A stretch of 63,355 bases of DNA, filler included, from Choristocarpus tenellus KU-1152 (GCA_964200185.2; 12 parts of 12 records of this genome joined end to end with filler, not necessarily neighbours in it), one strand, 5' to 3'. Positions 11,880-25,699 are shown, counted from the first letter of the whole stretch. Made by a program: numbers and translations. Notes: generated by a model not told the origin, from the letters alone.

Positions 11880-14800
11880 TATATGTATTGGGGAGTGGAG
11901 GGTGGAGGAGGAGATATTTCTCTTCAACTGACTCTCTGCCACTAATGTGGTAAATTCCCTCACATAATCACCTGAGTGACACAAGTGTACCTCGTGTTCA
12001 TCTCATCACTTGTCTGACATATTGCCCCTCTTGTGTGGATGTTCCCATGCAACAATGAAATGGAAAAATGTACTACTTGATTACACCTGCAGGGGGGAAA
12101 GATGTGGTGTCCGCCCCTAGTTGGTGTAGGTCCTGAGGGTTGTAAGGGGTTCTCCAACAGCCCCATCCAGGTACGATAATTGCTATCCACCTTGACTCTT
12201 TTCAGGAAAACTTGCTTGTGCGATTGATAGCATAGGTGCAAAAGCACAGGATTACGTTGTGGAGAATATAATTTTTTCGTTATCCTTCTTCTCAGTCCCC
12301 CTATTCTCATTATTGTGTCAATAAATTGATATACCACTGTACTGGTGCTATCTGATATTTGCCCAGATCATGGGTTTCACAGGTAAGGTGGCAAAGGTGC
12401 AATGCGGTGCATGCTTCAACCTGACACTTACAAAGGAGGTGTGTGTAGAATTGGCACATGATATGGTAATGCTCTCGAGATGTGCACATTTGACACTTAA
12501 ATGTACATACGGCTTTGTGTTATGTCTTCCAGACAGAAGTGTGCCCATAGCAAAAAAGTATGTGAAGCCTGGAGGTTTTGAGAGTTGAGGGGGAGAGGAC
12601 CATCAACTGTGGAATGTGGACACAGTACATAGTGTGTTGTGCCAATGTCTCACAAGCGGTATAATTTGCTTTGCTGCCCAGTGGTAGTGGAATATGCTTT
12701 GTAGTGTCTGGCCAATGAGAAATCTCTCTACGAGTGTGTTCTGAGAAGTCTGTCCTGTTCTGAGTAGATGGCAAACTGACGAACCCTGCCTCATTATCTT
12801 CATCCATGAGCATGACTCCTCTCGACGGCAGTACTCAATGAGGTGTTTTTGTGATTTGGGAGAGGGAGGGTAGGTATAGTGGAGGCTGATGACATCCTAG
12901 CACTCACCAACCAACGACAATAAAGTGGTGGGTCCTTTATATAGCTCATCCCTTTGTCCTAGAACTCCTCGAACACGCCGTCCACTGACTATGGTCCTTG
13001 GACCATGGCTGGTGCCCTGGACACGAATGACAAGATGTCAAGTAATACGTTGAAGCATTCACCATAGCCGTGTCTAAAAGCTGGGATAGAGAGGAAGGTT
13101 GAACTAGAAGACCGGAATATTTGTGGTTCTGGTTTTTGGTTGGCCCACTTGTTGACGTCTCCAATCTGCATGCCCCTTGGTGTGATGTGTTTCATATCAA
13201 AGCCACATTTATCAATTGCAAGGTCTCTTTCCCGCATCAGCTGCCACACTACAATCACCCTGCCAGCTCACTTGGTGCCCCTCCCAAAATCCTCGACTCA
13301 TAGAACCCCGCCAGGGCGAATTGTACAGCTGGGGCCTGAGGGAGCAGGGAGATCTTGGGTGGAGTGTGTGTGCCATGAAGGGTGACATGGCCAATGACTT
13401 GGAGGGAATCCTCAGGAAACACCTCAAACCAGGACCCATGTGACTGGGATAGGGCTGATGGGGAGGAAGAAAAGGTTGATAATATCAAAGTGATTATCTC
13501 ATGCAAATAATGTTGTGATGAGACAGAGATTAGGGTCAGAGTATCTGGGGGGCGGGGGCGGTGGCTGTCCATTTGGGGTCATTTTTTTCATGTTGCGATT
13601 TTTTTGTGATTTGGTTCCATACGTTGGATGGATAATGAAAGTGCACTTTTCCTGTTTTTGGTTAAAATAGACACTCTGTGGTGTAGACTCCCCCCCCCCC
13701 CCCCCCCCACCTCTTGTCAAAATTTGGCCGGGGGGGGGGGGGAAAGGGGGGGGGGGGGTGTGTTGGTTTTCTTNNNNNNNNNNCTGCTCCCTCCCCAAGG
13801 CCCACGCCTTGAGTTGAACTACCCTCCGGGGCCCCTTTTTTAGTCCCTCCCCCCCCCCCCCCCAGATACTTTAGGTCACTAGTCGTCCGGGTGAGTGAGG
13901 AAAAGGGAGAGTGCTGCTTTGTCTGTGTCTCATACTCTATGCACACCTGTTGCACCTACTTCTCTTTATCGGTCTGCTTACGCCATTGATTGTTTGCTCT
14001 CGATATATACACAGGTAAAACTCCAAGGTGTGAACAAGATCAAGTCTGGCTCCAACCACTGCCTGGCAGTAACACATCAGCAGGAGCTTTATACATGAAT
14101 TCTCAATAGATGCTAATGGGTAGTCCGTATAGCCAATGCATGCACTGAATTGTGAGAGTGCAGTGGGGTATAGCAGCGAGTACCATGATTGCACTGACTT
14201 TGAGGGGTACCCAAGTTTTGTCTGTTTTGCATTTTAAGCCAAATTTTTAATGTTTTATTTCTTGTGAAATTTGGCCATAATTCTATCGATGAAGTGCTGG
14301 GTTTGACTTGAGAGCATTGCTTTCTCTGTTGATAGCAATTTGTGACACAATCCTGAAAAAATCGAGTAAAAATGGAAAAAAACTCAAAATTTGCGCACAT
14401 TTGTTATCACCCTTTATATGCAACTCTGGGTACCTCTCGTTTACTTTTACTCCCCGGGAGTAGGGAAGGCAGGGCTGGGACAAGTGAGGAAGCTGTCATG
14501 GGTTTCTACCAAGAATCTAAGGCTCGATATGTTTCTAGAAATGGACAATAAGTGATTTCCAAGTTGTTATGCGCTGCACCCATATATCAGATACTTTGAA
14601 GTGGATGGAATACAAGAAGCAAGAGGAACGTGAGGGATGCATGGATGCTAGATTTACTCCATGCAGGACTTAGGGATGGGGCGAGGTGTTGTTTGTCTTG
14701 TAGAGGCCTGCTGTGCCTTTACTAGTCCATACATACATACATATATATATATATACGTGGTGCTAAGTAGTGTGTTGAGTGAAGTTTTCTGAACAAGGCA

Positions 14801-14995
14801 TATGAATCTTCCATTGCGCCAATCAGAAGGAGAAGAGAAAAATCAAAGGGGACGCCCACAGCCTAATGACGTTCCTCGCACATATCCCTGCTTTCGACCT
14901 CTGTGATGTGTAGGTGGGACCACGGAGATATGGGTGCACTTGGGCTGAGGGTGAACAAGGATCACAGCATCCCTATCAAGGTCAACTTGACAGGG
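9870..14995 (+). pseudogene. RCC1: Decayed, intron-containing RCC1 (regulator of chromosome condensation)-like gene
   Basis: Ordered exon remnants: about 9870-9989 VACVSICTTALTVDGRVFTWSAVEDRGLGRGGDE; 11586-11697 VEGDLVDEV..GECQSLAVCLSGNVFGWGGHREN (frameshifted); 12367-12438 IMGFTGKVAKVQCGACFNLTLTKE; 13315 to about 13490 GELYSWGLREQGDLGWSVCAM..HLKPGPM*; 14015-14094 VKLQGVNKIKSGSNHCLAVTHQQELYT (donor GT reads AT); 14914-14995 WDHGDMGALGLRVNKDHSIPIKVNLTG. All are RCC1 blade motifs. Confidence 0.8.
13533..13877. mobile_element. MITE family A (interrupted by a small gap, possibly two copies)
   Basis: Left TIR GGGTCAGAGTATCTGGGGG, right TIR CCCCCAGATACTTTAGGTC, body matching 59685-59867. Confidence 0.7.
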
Positions 14996-15821
14996 GTGTG
15001 TGTATGTGCTCTTGTCCGTTTGTGTTTGGTCTGTTGTGCCTTACCCTTTGTAGAAATATACATACTTGCAACGGTGATCCAGAAGTGCCATTCCTTGGGG
15101 AAGAACATATTCCAAACCTGCCAGTAGTGTAGTACTTATGTAACAAGCTCTATGATGTGGTTCCGTGAGAACACTGTAGCTGTGTGTTATGTGCCAGTTC
15201 TTTGTAGTACCTGCCTGTAGTTTGATATTTGCCAAGGAATGTTAAGAGTGCTACATCATCACATAGAACGTAGAGCTACTGTTTGCCCTAACTCTATATT
15301 TCTCGTACTTCAAAGTGTGCTTGAGGTTCGTGTGGACATACTCCAGAGTTTGTCGCCATGCTTGTATGTGAATATGGTATAACTTCTGAATGTACGCCAT
15401 ATAGAATATATGCTTCTCTGTGAGGTACTTCATGTATCAATATCTAGGAGGTATGTGTATGCACATGCTCCTCTATTCTGCCATGCATTTGCGACAGGGG
15501 CTTGATCTTGCAAGAATCTGTTTTGAGAGGTGTACACTATGGATGCACTAGCATACATGTATGTACTATTATTAACAGTTGCTGCGTTGAGAATCTGATG
15601 CAGAAATCTTCATCTCAAGATGTGGACAAGATAGTGCACTTTGAACAACTGGCGTAGTGAAGTGGTGGATCTTGGGTGTATGTCTTTTCTCGGTACATGG
15701 ATGCATGTTCCGAGTCTCTGATCTATGATAGAACCGTAAAATAGGTATGGAAATGTATATCAAAGTAGATGTACACCGCAAACAATACTCAGGTAAGTTG
15801 TATTTCGGACATTATTTCAAT

Positions 15822-15939
15822 GGGTCGAAGTATCTGGGGGTGGGGGGGTGCCGGCGTCCGTTTTTGACCCTGGCTAAAAGTACCTGGGGGGGGTGGTGAC
15901 TGTCCATTTGGAGCTAAATTTTTCATGTCGCGATTTTTG
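15822..15939. mobile_element. MITE family A fragment(s) at contig end
   Basis: GGGTCGAAGTATCTGGGGG, and GGTGACTGTCCATTTGGAGCTAAATTTTTCATGTCGCGATTTTTG. Confidence 0.65.
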
Positions 15940-16399
15940 NNNNNNNNNNNNNNNNNNNNNNNNNNNNNNNNNNNNNNNNNNNNTTAATTAATTAANNNNN
16001 NNNNNNNNNNNNNNNNNNNNNNNNNNNNNNNNNNNNNNNAAGACAGCCCACAAAGCTCACTCTTCTAATTTCAACCATCCATTCTTTTCATGTTCAGCGA
16101 AAGGGGTCGTGTGAGGCTTCACACCTTCTTATCTTCACTACTGACAAATAGCATTACCTCCCAAGGTAATTTGCACACTAATAACACGTCACTCATTCTC
16201 GGTGTCACTTGCTACAACCTTCATGCGTCACTCAAATAACACGTCACTCATTCTCTGTGTTGTACTATAAGAATCCAGATAATATTCTCATGATTACTCA
16301 ACAGAAAACTTTCCTATCAATTTTCCCGTTATCGAAACAGAATCCAACAACTGATTATTTATCTTACGAAATTTTCTTTTACACATAAATTAAAAGCAT

Positions 16400-17200
16400 A
16401 TTCTTAACACTCTCGAGCGTGTCTGCATCATCTCCGTGGAGCATACTTGAAACCCCCTCTACAAGTTCATGAACAGTACCTTAACGCTCCACCTAAACCC
16501 TGCTCTTCAGAGATGCAACCCCCCCCAAATCATTGTTGCTGAGATCTGGTGAATGTGTTCGCTGTGTCACGAGCTTAATGTTCCATCCCTTCTCCATCCC
16601 TGCTGCGTTTAGCTTGTGCACCTTGCCCTTGCCCTTATGCGGGGTTGCCCTGTCCTATGTAGAACCATGCCTCGTCGATGTGCATGGTGTTGAGGTCAGT
16701 CCTGTAGGTTTTGCGAATGCAGGAGATCTGGTTGAGGATTAAGTCCACCCTGTCTTTCTTGTGAGAAAATGAAAGGCTAGTGGTGACGAGCTGCTGAACC
16801 CTTGTTGCCTCTATGGTTTTGAGTCAGCGATGAAGCTTTGAGCTGCCAACTGTGAGGCCTGCTTTGTGAGCTTGGCAGAAAGTTGGTTGATAGTCATTGT
16901 GCGATTGCTGGCATTGATTTCGTGGATCTTCGCTTGTTTCGTTGGCGTAAAGTATGAAAGCCATCCAGATCATTCTTGTGGTTTCACTGAGACGGTAGTC
17001 CCCCTATCTAATTGTTTTTTGACTCATGACCACAACTGTCAGGGGTGTCTCTCTCCCACTCCAACCTCTCTCTAATTTAGACTCCACACTCCTTGGAAAC
17101 CTCTTGTGACCTGGATGGAAGAAGAGTCAATGCGTAACGCAGAGCAAGTGCGGTCTGACCTTCCTCAGTCAGATAACAGTTCTTTCCCCAAGACAGTGGG
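16400..17200 (-). mobile_element. Internally deleted DD39D-type mariner transposase, second subfamily
   Basis: The minus strand reads ..HKKDRVDLILNQI..DLNTMHIDEAWFYIG then GWNIKLVTQRTHSPDLSNNDLGGVASLKSRV..ELVEGV..DTLESV, the first and third catalytic-D blocks with the middle block missing. Confidence 0.75.
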
Positions 17201-18184
17201 CTTCATGGCGGGGATGATGACAGGCTGTGGGGGCTCGCTAAGGGGGTTGTGAGAGTGTTTTGTGCGGCTCCACACTGCAGCAGGAACAATAAGAAATGAT
17301 AAGCCCCGTTCTGTGTTCCATTCGTTCGGAACCATCTCAGAACAGAATTATTTGTATAATTCTTTGATATTTTGTTTTGATGTAAAATGTTCCAAAGAAT
17401 GTAACGTAAAGTCCACTTTGTAAATCGGAGGTCGTTACGAAGAACTACAACTTAACGGTTCAGACTTAAGGGGCAGAGCGAATATGAGTAGTACTACATA
17501 GTATTTATTAGCCGGGTCGTACACTTTTAGTTACTAAAAGCATTTCAGAGTAATAATTACTAGTAATCTATACTAGAAGAGAAGGTCAGTAAGTTATTCC
17601 TTGTATAAATTACATCACATTTGTCTGAGGGACCCCAATCCTGTGGTCGAAAAGGTACAATGGTAATGCACACTGCTTACTTAGAAAGGGTAACAGGGAT
17701 CATATACATGGAGAGTAATGAAAAGAATGGAAAGGAAAAGAAAAAGAACATATATAGCCCACCACAAAAGACACCACCACCCCAAAATAACATTAGGAAG
17801 AAGAGATAAGAAAAAAATGAGCAATGAATGGATGCAAGAAAAGAAACTATAGAATGAGGAGAACGTAGCATTCAGCAGGCAAGAGTAGAGGTGTGATGCA
17901 TGTCGAATTTTGGCGTGCAGGGAGTGTAGGTGGGCTTGGTGTTAGGGTTAGGGTCAGGGTAATGATGGGGGTGAACCAGGCCTATCCTCGAGTTTATGAA
18001 AGGATAGTCGGCAAGCGTGTTTCAGGAATCTGTTTTTCTAGGAGTATCGATGTGGAATTTACGGAAGAGTCCTGGAAGGTTAAAGTAAGGGGAAATCCAC
18101 CCTCGTGGGTCGAAATTTGAGCAAAGTGTAAGACGTTGGTTTGATCTTCGTGGGGTTATTAAGAAGTTGTTAGGGTTCGGAAAA

Positions 18185-18317
18185 GGCTCAAAGTATCTGG
18201 GGGAGGTGGAGACTGTCCATTTGGGGTCCATTTTTCCATGTCGCGATTTTGGGTGATTTGGTTGCATGTGTCGGATGGATAATGTCAGTGCACCTTTCCT
18301 GGTCAGGGCTCGAATCA
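18185..18317. mobile_element. MITE family A, one-ended copy
   Basis: GGCTCAAAGTATCTGGGGGAGGTGGAGACTGTCCATTTGGGGTC followed by the family A body. Confidence 0.7.
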
Positions 18318-19069
18318 CAGTATGATTTGTGATCCAACCCCCGTTTGGAGCATAGTAAAAATTTGGTTTGAGGTGAACAAATATTCACTTAACCCTGTAA
18401 TATGTTTGTAGGATTGGTGAATGTACATGATGCGATTGTGCTCCGACCATGTCTAAATAGAAAGATGAACCAGGATATTGAACCAAACCATATTTCTCTA
18501 AGCATTGAGGGTTAGGACCAAGCCACTAGTTTACAACAGGGACAGCTTTTTTTTCAGTCAAGTGCCCATCGTCAGTTGTATAAACGGAATTGCATAAAAG
18601 ATTAAATACAATGTTGACATGGTGAATCAAGTAAGGAGAATACGAGCTATGACAGTTTCCAAATGTAGAAGCATGGACGGCTGGAAAGGAAAAGGTGTCG
18701 AACGTAGGCCTTTGTGAAGTGCTTGGAACTTCACTGAAAAGTGTTTGTAAACTGGTTATCAAGTGTAAGATTTCGGTGGCCTCTGAACTTTGTGTTGTTG
18801 GATACGCTTATTTTCGATAGATGTCTAGGACCATCAACTCAAATATATGACTATACTGACACCTCTGACTGGTCCGAACACACCCGATGACACTGTGAAA
18901 AAGCATAACCCATCAGATCTAAACTGCATGAACACAACAGTAGCCGGAGACGGTCCAAGGTACAGTTAAACCTAGATCTAACAAAGTTAACATGACCCAC
19001 GCCTCATGTTCAACCAGAAACCAGGAAAGCTCTATTTCAACTGTTCTAACAATGGGCATGTTGGAAGTC

Positions 19070-19400
19070 GTGTTACAGGCGAATAGCGCGAGCTTTTCTT
19101 CTTGTATTTCAACGAAGTGCAAGTGTTTGTTACACGCGAATAGCGCGAGCATTTTCTTTTTATGTTTCAGGAAATACGAATATTTGTAACAGACGTAGAG
19201 TGTGAGGATTATTTCTTGAATTCTGACAAGTACGAACAATATACGATATTAGTAATACATAGCCTTACAAGAAAACTGATGATTTTTATAGGAGATGCAG
19301 CGTAAGACTTAGAATTCGAACATAACCTTACAGAATAGGGGTCAATTTCTGGAAGTTACAGAGTAAAGATTCATGATTAAAGTATCCACTTAGCAGTTTG
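19070..19400 (+). repeat. Dispersed repeat family D (LTR-like start GTGTTACAGGCG, internal ~59-bp tandem units)
   Basis: Aligns from the same first base with 61972 to about 62310 and with the reverse complement ending at 34277. Confidence 0.75.
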
Positions 19401-19576
19401 CAGACTTCATTTAACTCTTTGGCTGGAAAGCTGGTGGATGATGCTCATAGAAGGCTGAAGCGGACCACCACACCCTNNNNNNNNNNNNNNNNNNNNNNNN
19501 NNNNNNNNNNNNNNNNNNNNTTAATTAATTAANNNNNNNNNNNNNNNNNNNNNNNNNNNNNNNNNNNNNNNNNNNN

Positions 19577-19651
<75 letters not shown>

Positions 19652-19847
19652 CTCCCCTTTCTGATTTCCAATTCGGTCCTGGAGGAGTAGTCTTCTCCAG
19701 CAAATGGATTCCATGCACAGTACAAGAACGACTATGATATCATAGCCCTGATGTCACCCCCTTCCCCATCCTCTCTAATATCCTGACTTGACTGGCTCTC
19801 TTTCCAACTGTATATGCTTTTGTCTCTAATAACAATTTTTTTTGTAG

Positions 19848-22800
19848 GAGATCCGATTTGTCCTCTGCCCGGAGGCGCTGGTGGCGATGCTGCTCTGTCC
19901 CCGGATGCTACCAAGAGAAGCAATAGTGATCGTAGGATGTGAGAGGTTCTCAAGCTACAGGTACGATTTATGTTCATAGAGAGAGAGTAAGGAATGACAA
20001 AGAGATGAAATATTCCAAGGGAAGGGAGAAGAGGGTTGAGTTGTTGGAGTGTGACATGGAGATTTTTGGGTGAGAAGAGTTTGCATGCACAGGTGGTCCA
20101 CTAGTTGAGCTGCACCTACCTGATGTTTAATTGTTGTCAGCGGATGATTGTTTTAAGTAAACCTATTACTGATAATAATATTATACTATCAATGATAAAA
20201 ATATCAATTATAATACTGGTGATAATACTCTCAAGTATAGTATGGTATGTTGCAGATGGTGCACTAAGCAGAGGGGTTTTGAAGGCAGTATGTCAGTAAG
20301 AATATTCCTGTGTTAGCGGTAATACAGTTACCATAGTTACCATTGATACGGCAGCAGCAGTGTGTATTGTTGGTGATTGGACAATGGTCTCCAGGTAAAA
20401 TGAGGGAACTGTTGGAATTGATGCAAGGGGCACACTAGTGTGTTTGGGAACAAGAGATGACTCAAAAGGGGGGTGATGGATAGGTAAGCAGATAGCTTCA
20501 TCAAATTATATGGTGTTCTCAAAACGCCTTTTTTTAGTGGATGTGGCAACTGTTTCAAGCTAACCCCAACCCTAACCCTAACCCTAACCCTAGCCAAACA
20601 GACAACAGGTTTCGCAGTATTGAAAACGTTGTGGTATCTGTAGAGTTGCTTAAACAATGTTTGTGTCATGTTCACTGTTCAATCTAGCTCTTTTCACCCC
20701 TATTTTTGAAATGAATTTATTGTCATGATCGGATCATTTTGCAGGTGTGTTCCATTGTCAAAAAAATGTAGTGGTATGTAGTAGTACTAGTAAACAGTAC
20801 TATGAAGAGATTATAAAGAGATGAGGATATTCGAACAAGGGCGTTGGTAAGGATTGCATTTAGCAACCTGAATGCACCCACAAAACAGCACAGATGTGGA
20901 CTGAGTGCTCCATGAACTGTGACGCTAGAAAGCCAGAGGGGCTCATTAAAACTCATTGGGAGTCCCCTCTCAGTCACTTTAAACCTTCGCCCCCTCTATC
21001 ACTTACCCCTCTCCCCGCCCCCCTCCTCCCATGCCTGTGCTTCTGCCCTCACTTGTAATTTTTTCTTGTTTTTTCAACATACTGCATTTCGTTCCTGTTT
21101 TTTTTTGTGATTCAATGTGGTGAACCTGTTCTATTTACTATACCCTGTGCTCCTATTCATATTTAGGGGTTACGGCAACTCCTTTGAGTACGCTGGCAAC
21201 TATGTGGATAAATCTGAGAGGGACTGCTGGGGACGTTTGGACACAGTCATAGTGGCTCTGGATGCAATTCAGGTGTGTTGTTGAATAGGATCGTTACTCT
21301 TGTACCTTGCTTATGATACTATATATCTATTTTATTCCCTGCTCCAGAGCCCACAACCCGACGTGAGGGTTGTTCACACCTACAATCCCAGTCTTGAGAC
21401 ATATGAGCACTTCATTAATGGTTGGGACTTCCTCTTCCCCCCCCCCCCCCCCCCCCCCCCCTCACCCCTCCACACATGCTCCCCACGCGTTGTGAACTCT
21501 GAGCATCCCTCTAGATGTCCTAATCCTAACACTGCCATTGATATTTTTGCTGTTATACATACCTCCAGTGGAGTTAATAGGGATTTTTTGTTGTTATTGA
21601 ACTGCTGACTGAATTTGGAATATGTAAAATTACTGTTATTTTGATCGTTTTGATTGGTATAGTCATAGCATGCTGCCCTTGGGAATATTACTATTTTCTT
21701 ATTGTGAGGTTGATAACCGGGAACATCGACCCCAATGTCGATGACCAACCTGCTCTCCCCCTCCCCCTTCCTCCACTGAAGCAGTGATCTCCGACATAAT
21801 GTCAGGGATGTGTAAACACCACCCCTTAGCAACCAATGGCCTGTAGTTAGTAATGTGTGTTGAAAGTGAAACATGCCTCATTATGTATGCCACTCCGAGT
21901 TAATAATAAAAATATATAAATATTGTTTGTCGATACTTTGGTGATGCAAAATGATCATGTTGCCAACACTACATTGCCCTGCATGGTTTGACCAATCAGG
22001 TCTGTGCATCATGCAGGGGAACATAGTCCAACGGTGTAGAGGAATGCATTTCAATCCCAGAAGAAGGAAGATTTTTTTTTGAAGATCCTGTCAGGGGTTT
22101 CCCCTCCCCTCCCATTGACATTCAACTGATTTCTCCTGGGTGACTGCTAGATTTCCACCCTCCAACCTATCGTTTGCTGATCCCACCCATCTATCTCTTT
22201 TTTGGTCTTTGTGATTTTGATTGCCTTGTAAGTATGAGGATGATGATGCAGCCAAGGAACAGTACTCCGCAAAACACATTTTCCGTGAGCTTGGAAAGGC
22301 GTATGTGGCCTTTGTTAAGTGTGCTGCTGTGGCTGAGCCGGGGGCTACCCTTGCCCCTCAGACTTTGGTAAGTGTGCAATGTTTGCGTGTGTATAATTTA
22401 TATACACTAATTTACATACACACTAATTTACATACATTAATTTACATACACACTAATTTACATACACTCATGTTCTTTATGGTGTAGGCGAACTGTTGAC
22501 AGAGGTTTGGCTTTGGTGGGTACTTATGATGTTATGGTAGTGGTTTGATTTGAAGTATTCTGATATTTACGTTGGAAGCTGATCCTCGATGAAGGAGTGC
22601 TGTTTGAGTTGAAGTATACAGGCATTCATCTGAGGGAGTTGGTCCTCAACAAAGAAGCAGTACATACCTTGGTGGACCTACATTGGCAACAAATACAATA
22701 CAGGCTAATCCCATTGACTCTTTTGTCATGCCACTTGTTTTTTCAGTCAATGATAATCATTGTTGATAATTTCTAAGGGTTGTTCAGATTTGACCAAGTT

Positions 22801-24009
22801 CTATGTGTGCACCCCTGTCTGCGTCTAATCGTAGATTATATCTTGATCTCCCTAGTTTGGTAGACATATCATGAAATATAGTACGAGGCATATGTATGAT
22901 AAGTAGTATGATATGTAGTATGATATGTAGTATGGTATGTAGTATGATATGTAGTATGATATGTAGTATGATATGTAGTATGGTATGTAGTATGGTATGT
23001 AGTATGATATGTAGTATGGTATGTAGTATGGTATGTAGTATGATATGTAGTATGGAATGTAGTATGATATGTAGTATGTATGCATGATTTTAAAAGATGA
23101 ATTGGAGATTCCTGCCAACGAGGTGCTTGAGGGATTGGTTGACAAGTGTCATGTGACAAGGAATACTGCCAATATAGTTGTGTTTCACTGATGGTATATA
23201 TTCAATACCATAGTATTTGATATGTAGAATTATGTATAGTATACCATATATTAAATCCTATATGTTAAATGCTATGTAATATATACTAATACTACATATT
23301 AAATATTTGATGCTGTCATTGGTTTCTTTTGCACTAGTTAGTCATACCACTCTGCAGATTGTTGTAACTTTTCCTGTGTTTGCTTACCTGAAATAACATA
23401 ACATAACATAACATAACATAACATACATACATACATACATACATACATACATACATACATACATACATACATACATACATACACAAAATGGTGCATGCCA
23501 CTGAGTTAGTTCTGATGTTCATGATGAGGAACCAAACATACATAACACAACTTTCCTCACCAGGATTTCCTCTCAAAATGATTTATTTCTTCCTAAGAGG
23601 ATCAGCCTGTATGCATGTGATAGTAATACTTCAGTAATACTTCTATGTGGAGTCTGTGACTCTTGCATTACTACTTTTGGCCTTTCTCATTTTCCTTTCC
23701 CCCTCCCTGTATGTTTCTCTTGCCCCCACCCCCAGGTAAGTCATACCCCACTGTGTCCATGTGTAACGGTCAATCCAAAGCTCTCTTCCTGCAATTGATG
23801 ATTGTTACTGTGGCATGATGTCATGATGTATCCAAGGGTATGCTATTTTATTTATACTACTAATAATGTATTGATATGTTATGTATATGTATATGTATAT
23901 GTATACCCTTTTTTTTGTTCCTCCTCCCTTGTACCTTTTCCAGGATCCGTATGATGAAGATGAATGTGGTGAAGGAGATGATGACTTGGACAGTGATGGT
24001 GATTATGAG
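19848..24009 (+). CDS. PARG: Poly(ADP-ribose) glycohydrolase, internal exons (partial gene)
   Basis: Phase-consistent AG/GT exons: 19848-19960 EIRFVLCPEALVAMLLCPRMLPREAIVIVGCERFSSY; 21167-21272 GYGNSFEYAGNYVDKSERDCWGRLDTVIVALDAIQ; 22233-22367 YEDDDAAKEQYSAKHIFRELGKAYVAF..; 23944-24009 acidic DPYDEDECGEGDDDLDSDGDYE (less certain). These match the PARG (QE)EIRF..CPE, GY..F, IVAxDA and RELxKAY motifs. Confidence 0.9.
22903..23077. repeat. 12-bp minisatellite (TATGTAGTATGR)n in a PARG intron
   Basis: About 14 units, the source of the spurious TTYH/ISYY/MICS ORFs. Confidence 0.9.
23394..23483. repeat. Compound microsatellite (ACATA)n(ACAT)n
   Basis: Read directly from the sequence. Confidence 0.9.
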
Positions 24010-25432
24010 GTGATTGCCATGAAACCTTTCAATGAAACAAAAAGAAATAGGACTAACCCTAACCCTCCTATTTATAGTGTTTGCCATTAATACATCCTTA
24101 ACAAGCTTACTGTGGATTTAGATGCTACTGAAGACGTTTTTGAGAAACTCAAATAATTTTAAAAAAAGGTATCAAATTTTGGTTCAAACAATACTATTGC
24201 GTATATTTGCAAAAATTAACCATTTGTTGTTAACATGGAGAAACTATTATTGTTATTTTGTTGCGTGTGTTGTTCAAAACAAAATGTATTGCGGGTGAGT
24301 TATTATTTCGAATACATTTTAAGCTATTATCTCCATTATACCTTTTTTGTTCTTGTTGAACAGTTTTTTTTGCCTCAAAGAATATTTCTTATGCAACGAA
24401 ATTTCTTGAAGGCGATGGAGAGAACACAAAAACTGGGAGAAAGTAATTAAAAAGTAAATATCATGCACGATCTAGCCAAAGCTAGAACAATCTGCTACTA
24501 TATGTTAGATCTTTAGCAAAATATAGAAATCAACAATAGTAGAATATTTTTTTGTTATTGTTCTGTTATGGGTTGCAGTGATAGGACAGTTACTTGAGCA
24601 CTGTCGTTGGGTCACTTCACTTCAAACAGATTGAGAGATATTGTGTAAGGGTGCTATGGTACTCAGTTGGAAAAAGTTTGTCCCCTTTTGCATGTATTGT
24701 GTTGCTGTTAATTTATGCCAATTGCAGGAATAGATTACAAAGTTTTTTTTTTGCATATTGAAAAAAATAAAAAATATAATGTTGCCTTCAGATCTACCTC
24801 TCTATTGCTGCATTCCTTCCTTTTGCACTTTTGAGCATATCTATGTATATACATAAATTTCCGATTTTCTGGGCATGGATTTTGATTTTTTTTTTTGCCC
24901 AATCACTCCAAACCACCAGTGTATTGTGACCTCCCTCCTTTCTACCCCCTCTTGGAATATAATATATATATATATATATGATACATAAACTCTTCAACCT
25001 AATGTCTACTCTTTCCCCCTTCCCTGCTCTCTCCCTCCCATATGCATACCTCCCCTTGTACACCATCATCTCACCCTGCACAGACACAGAATCATCCTTA
25101 CCTCCTTTGCTCCCCCTGCTCCACTCTCTGTTCATGGCCCCTTTATCACCACCCAAGAAAACATGGGTACCTCTTCCCCCTGCTGTATGTATCATGTGTC
25201 TCATCCGACACCCACCCTTGCTCCTCATCCCTCACCCCACCACTACAGTTTTGTTAAGAATAAAAATAGAAATTTTATTGTTGTTGTCTGACTCTTGTCT
25301 CTTTTCCTCTCTGTATTCATTGCGATATCTTGAAGTATCTTTTTGATCTACCCCAACCCTTGAGTATTCTTTTTTGTTGTCTCATGCTAGTCTCTTTTCC
25401 CTCCTTCCATTCTCTGCACGTTATCACCTGTA

Positions 25433-25599
25433 CATGTCACCACCTTACTTTGTCACTCTCATGCCATTACCTTCCTTTGTCACACTCATGTCACCACCTT
25501 ACTTTGTCACACTCATGTCACCACCCTCCTTTGTCACACTCATATCATTATCCTCCTTTGTCACACTCATGTCACCACCTTACTTTGTCACTCTCATGC
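25433..25599. repeat. 27-bp minisatellite CATGTCACCACCTTACTTTGTCACTCT, about 6 units, running into the contig end
   Basis: Read directly; it produces the MSPPYFVTL repeat ORF. Confidence 0.85.
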
Positions 25600-25699
25600 N
25601 NNNNNNNNNNNNNNNNNNNNNNNNNNNNNNNNNNNNNNNNNNNTTAATTAATTAANNNNNNNNNNNNNNNNNNNNNNNNNNNNNNNNNNNNNNNNNNNN

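Noticed and set aside
22852-23159. TTYH / ISYY / MICS repeat proteins
   Set aside because: They are translations of an intronic 12-bp minisatellite.
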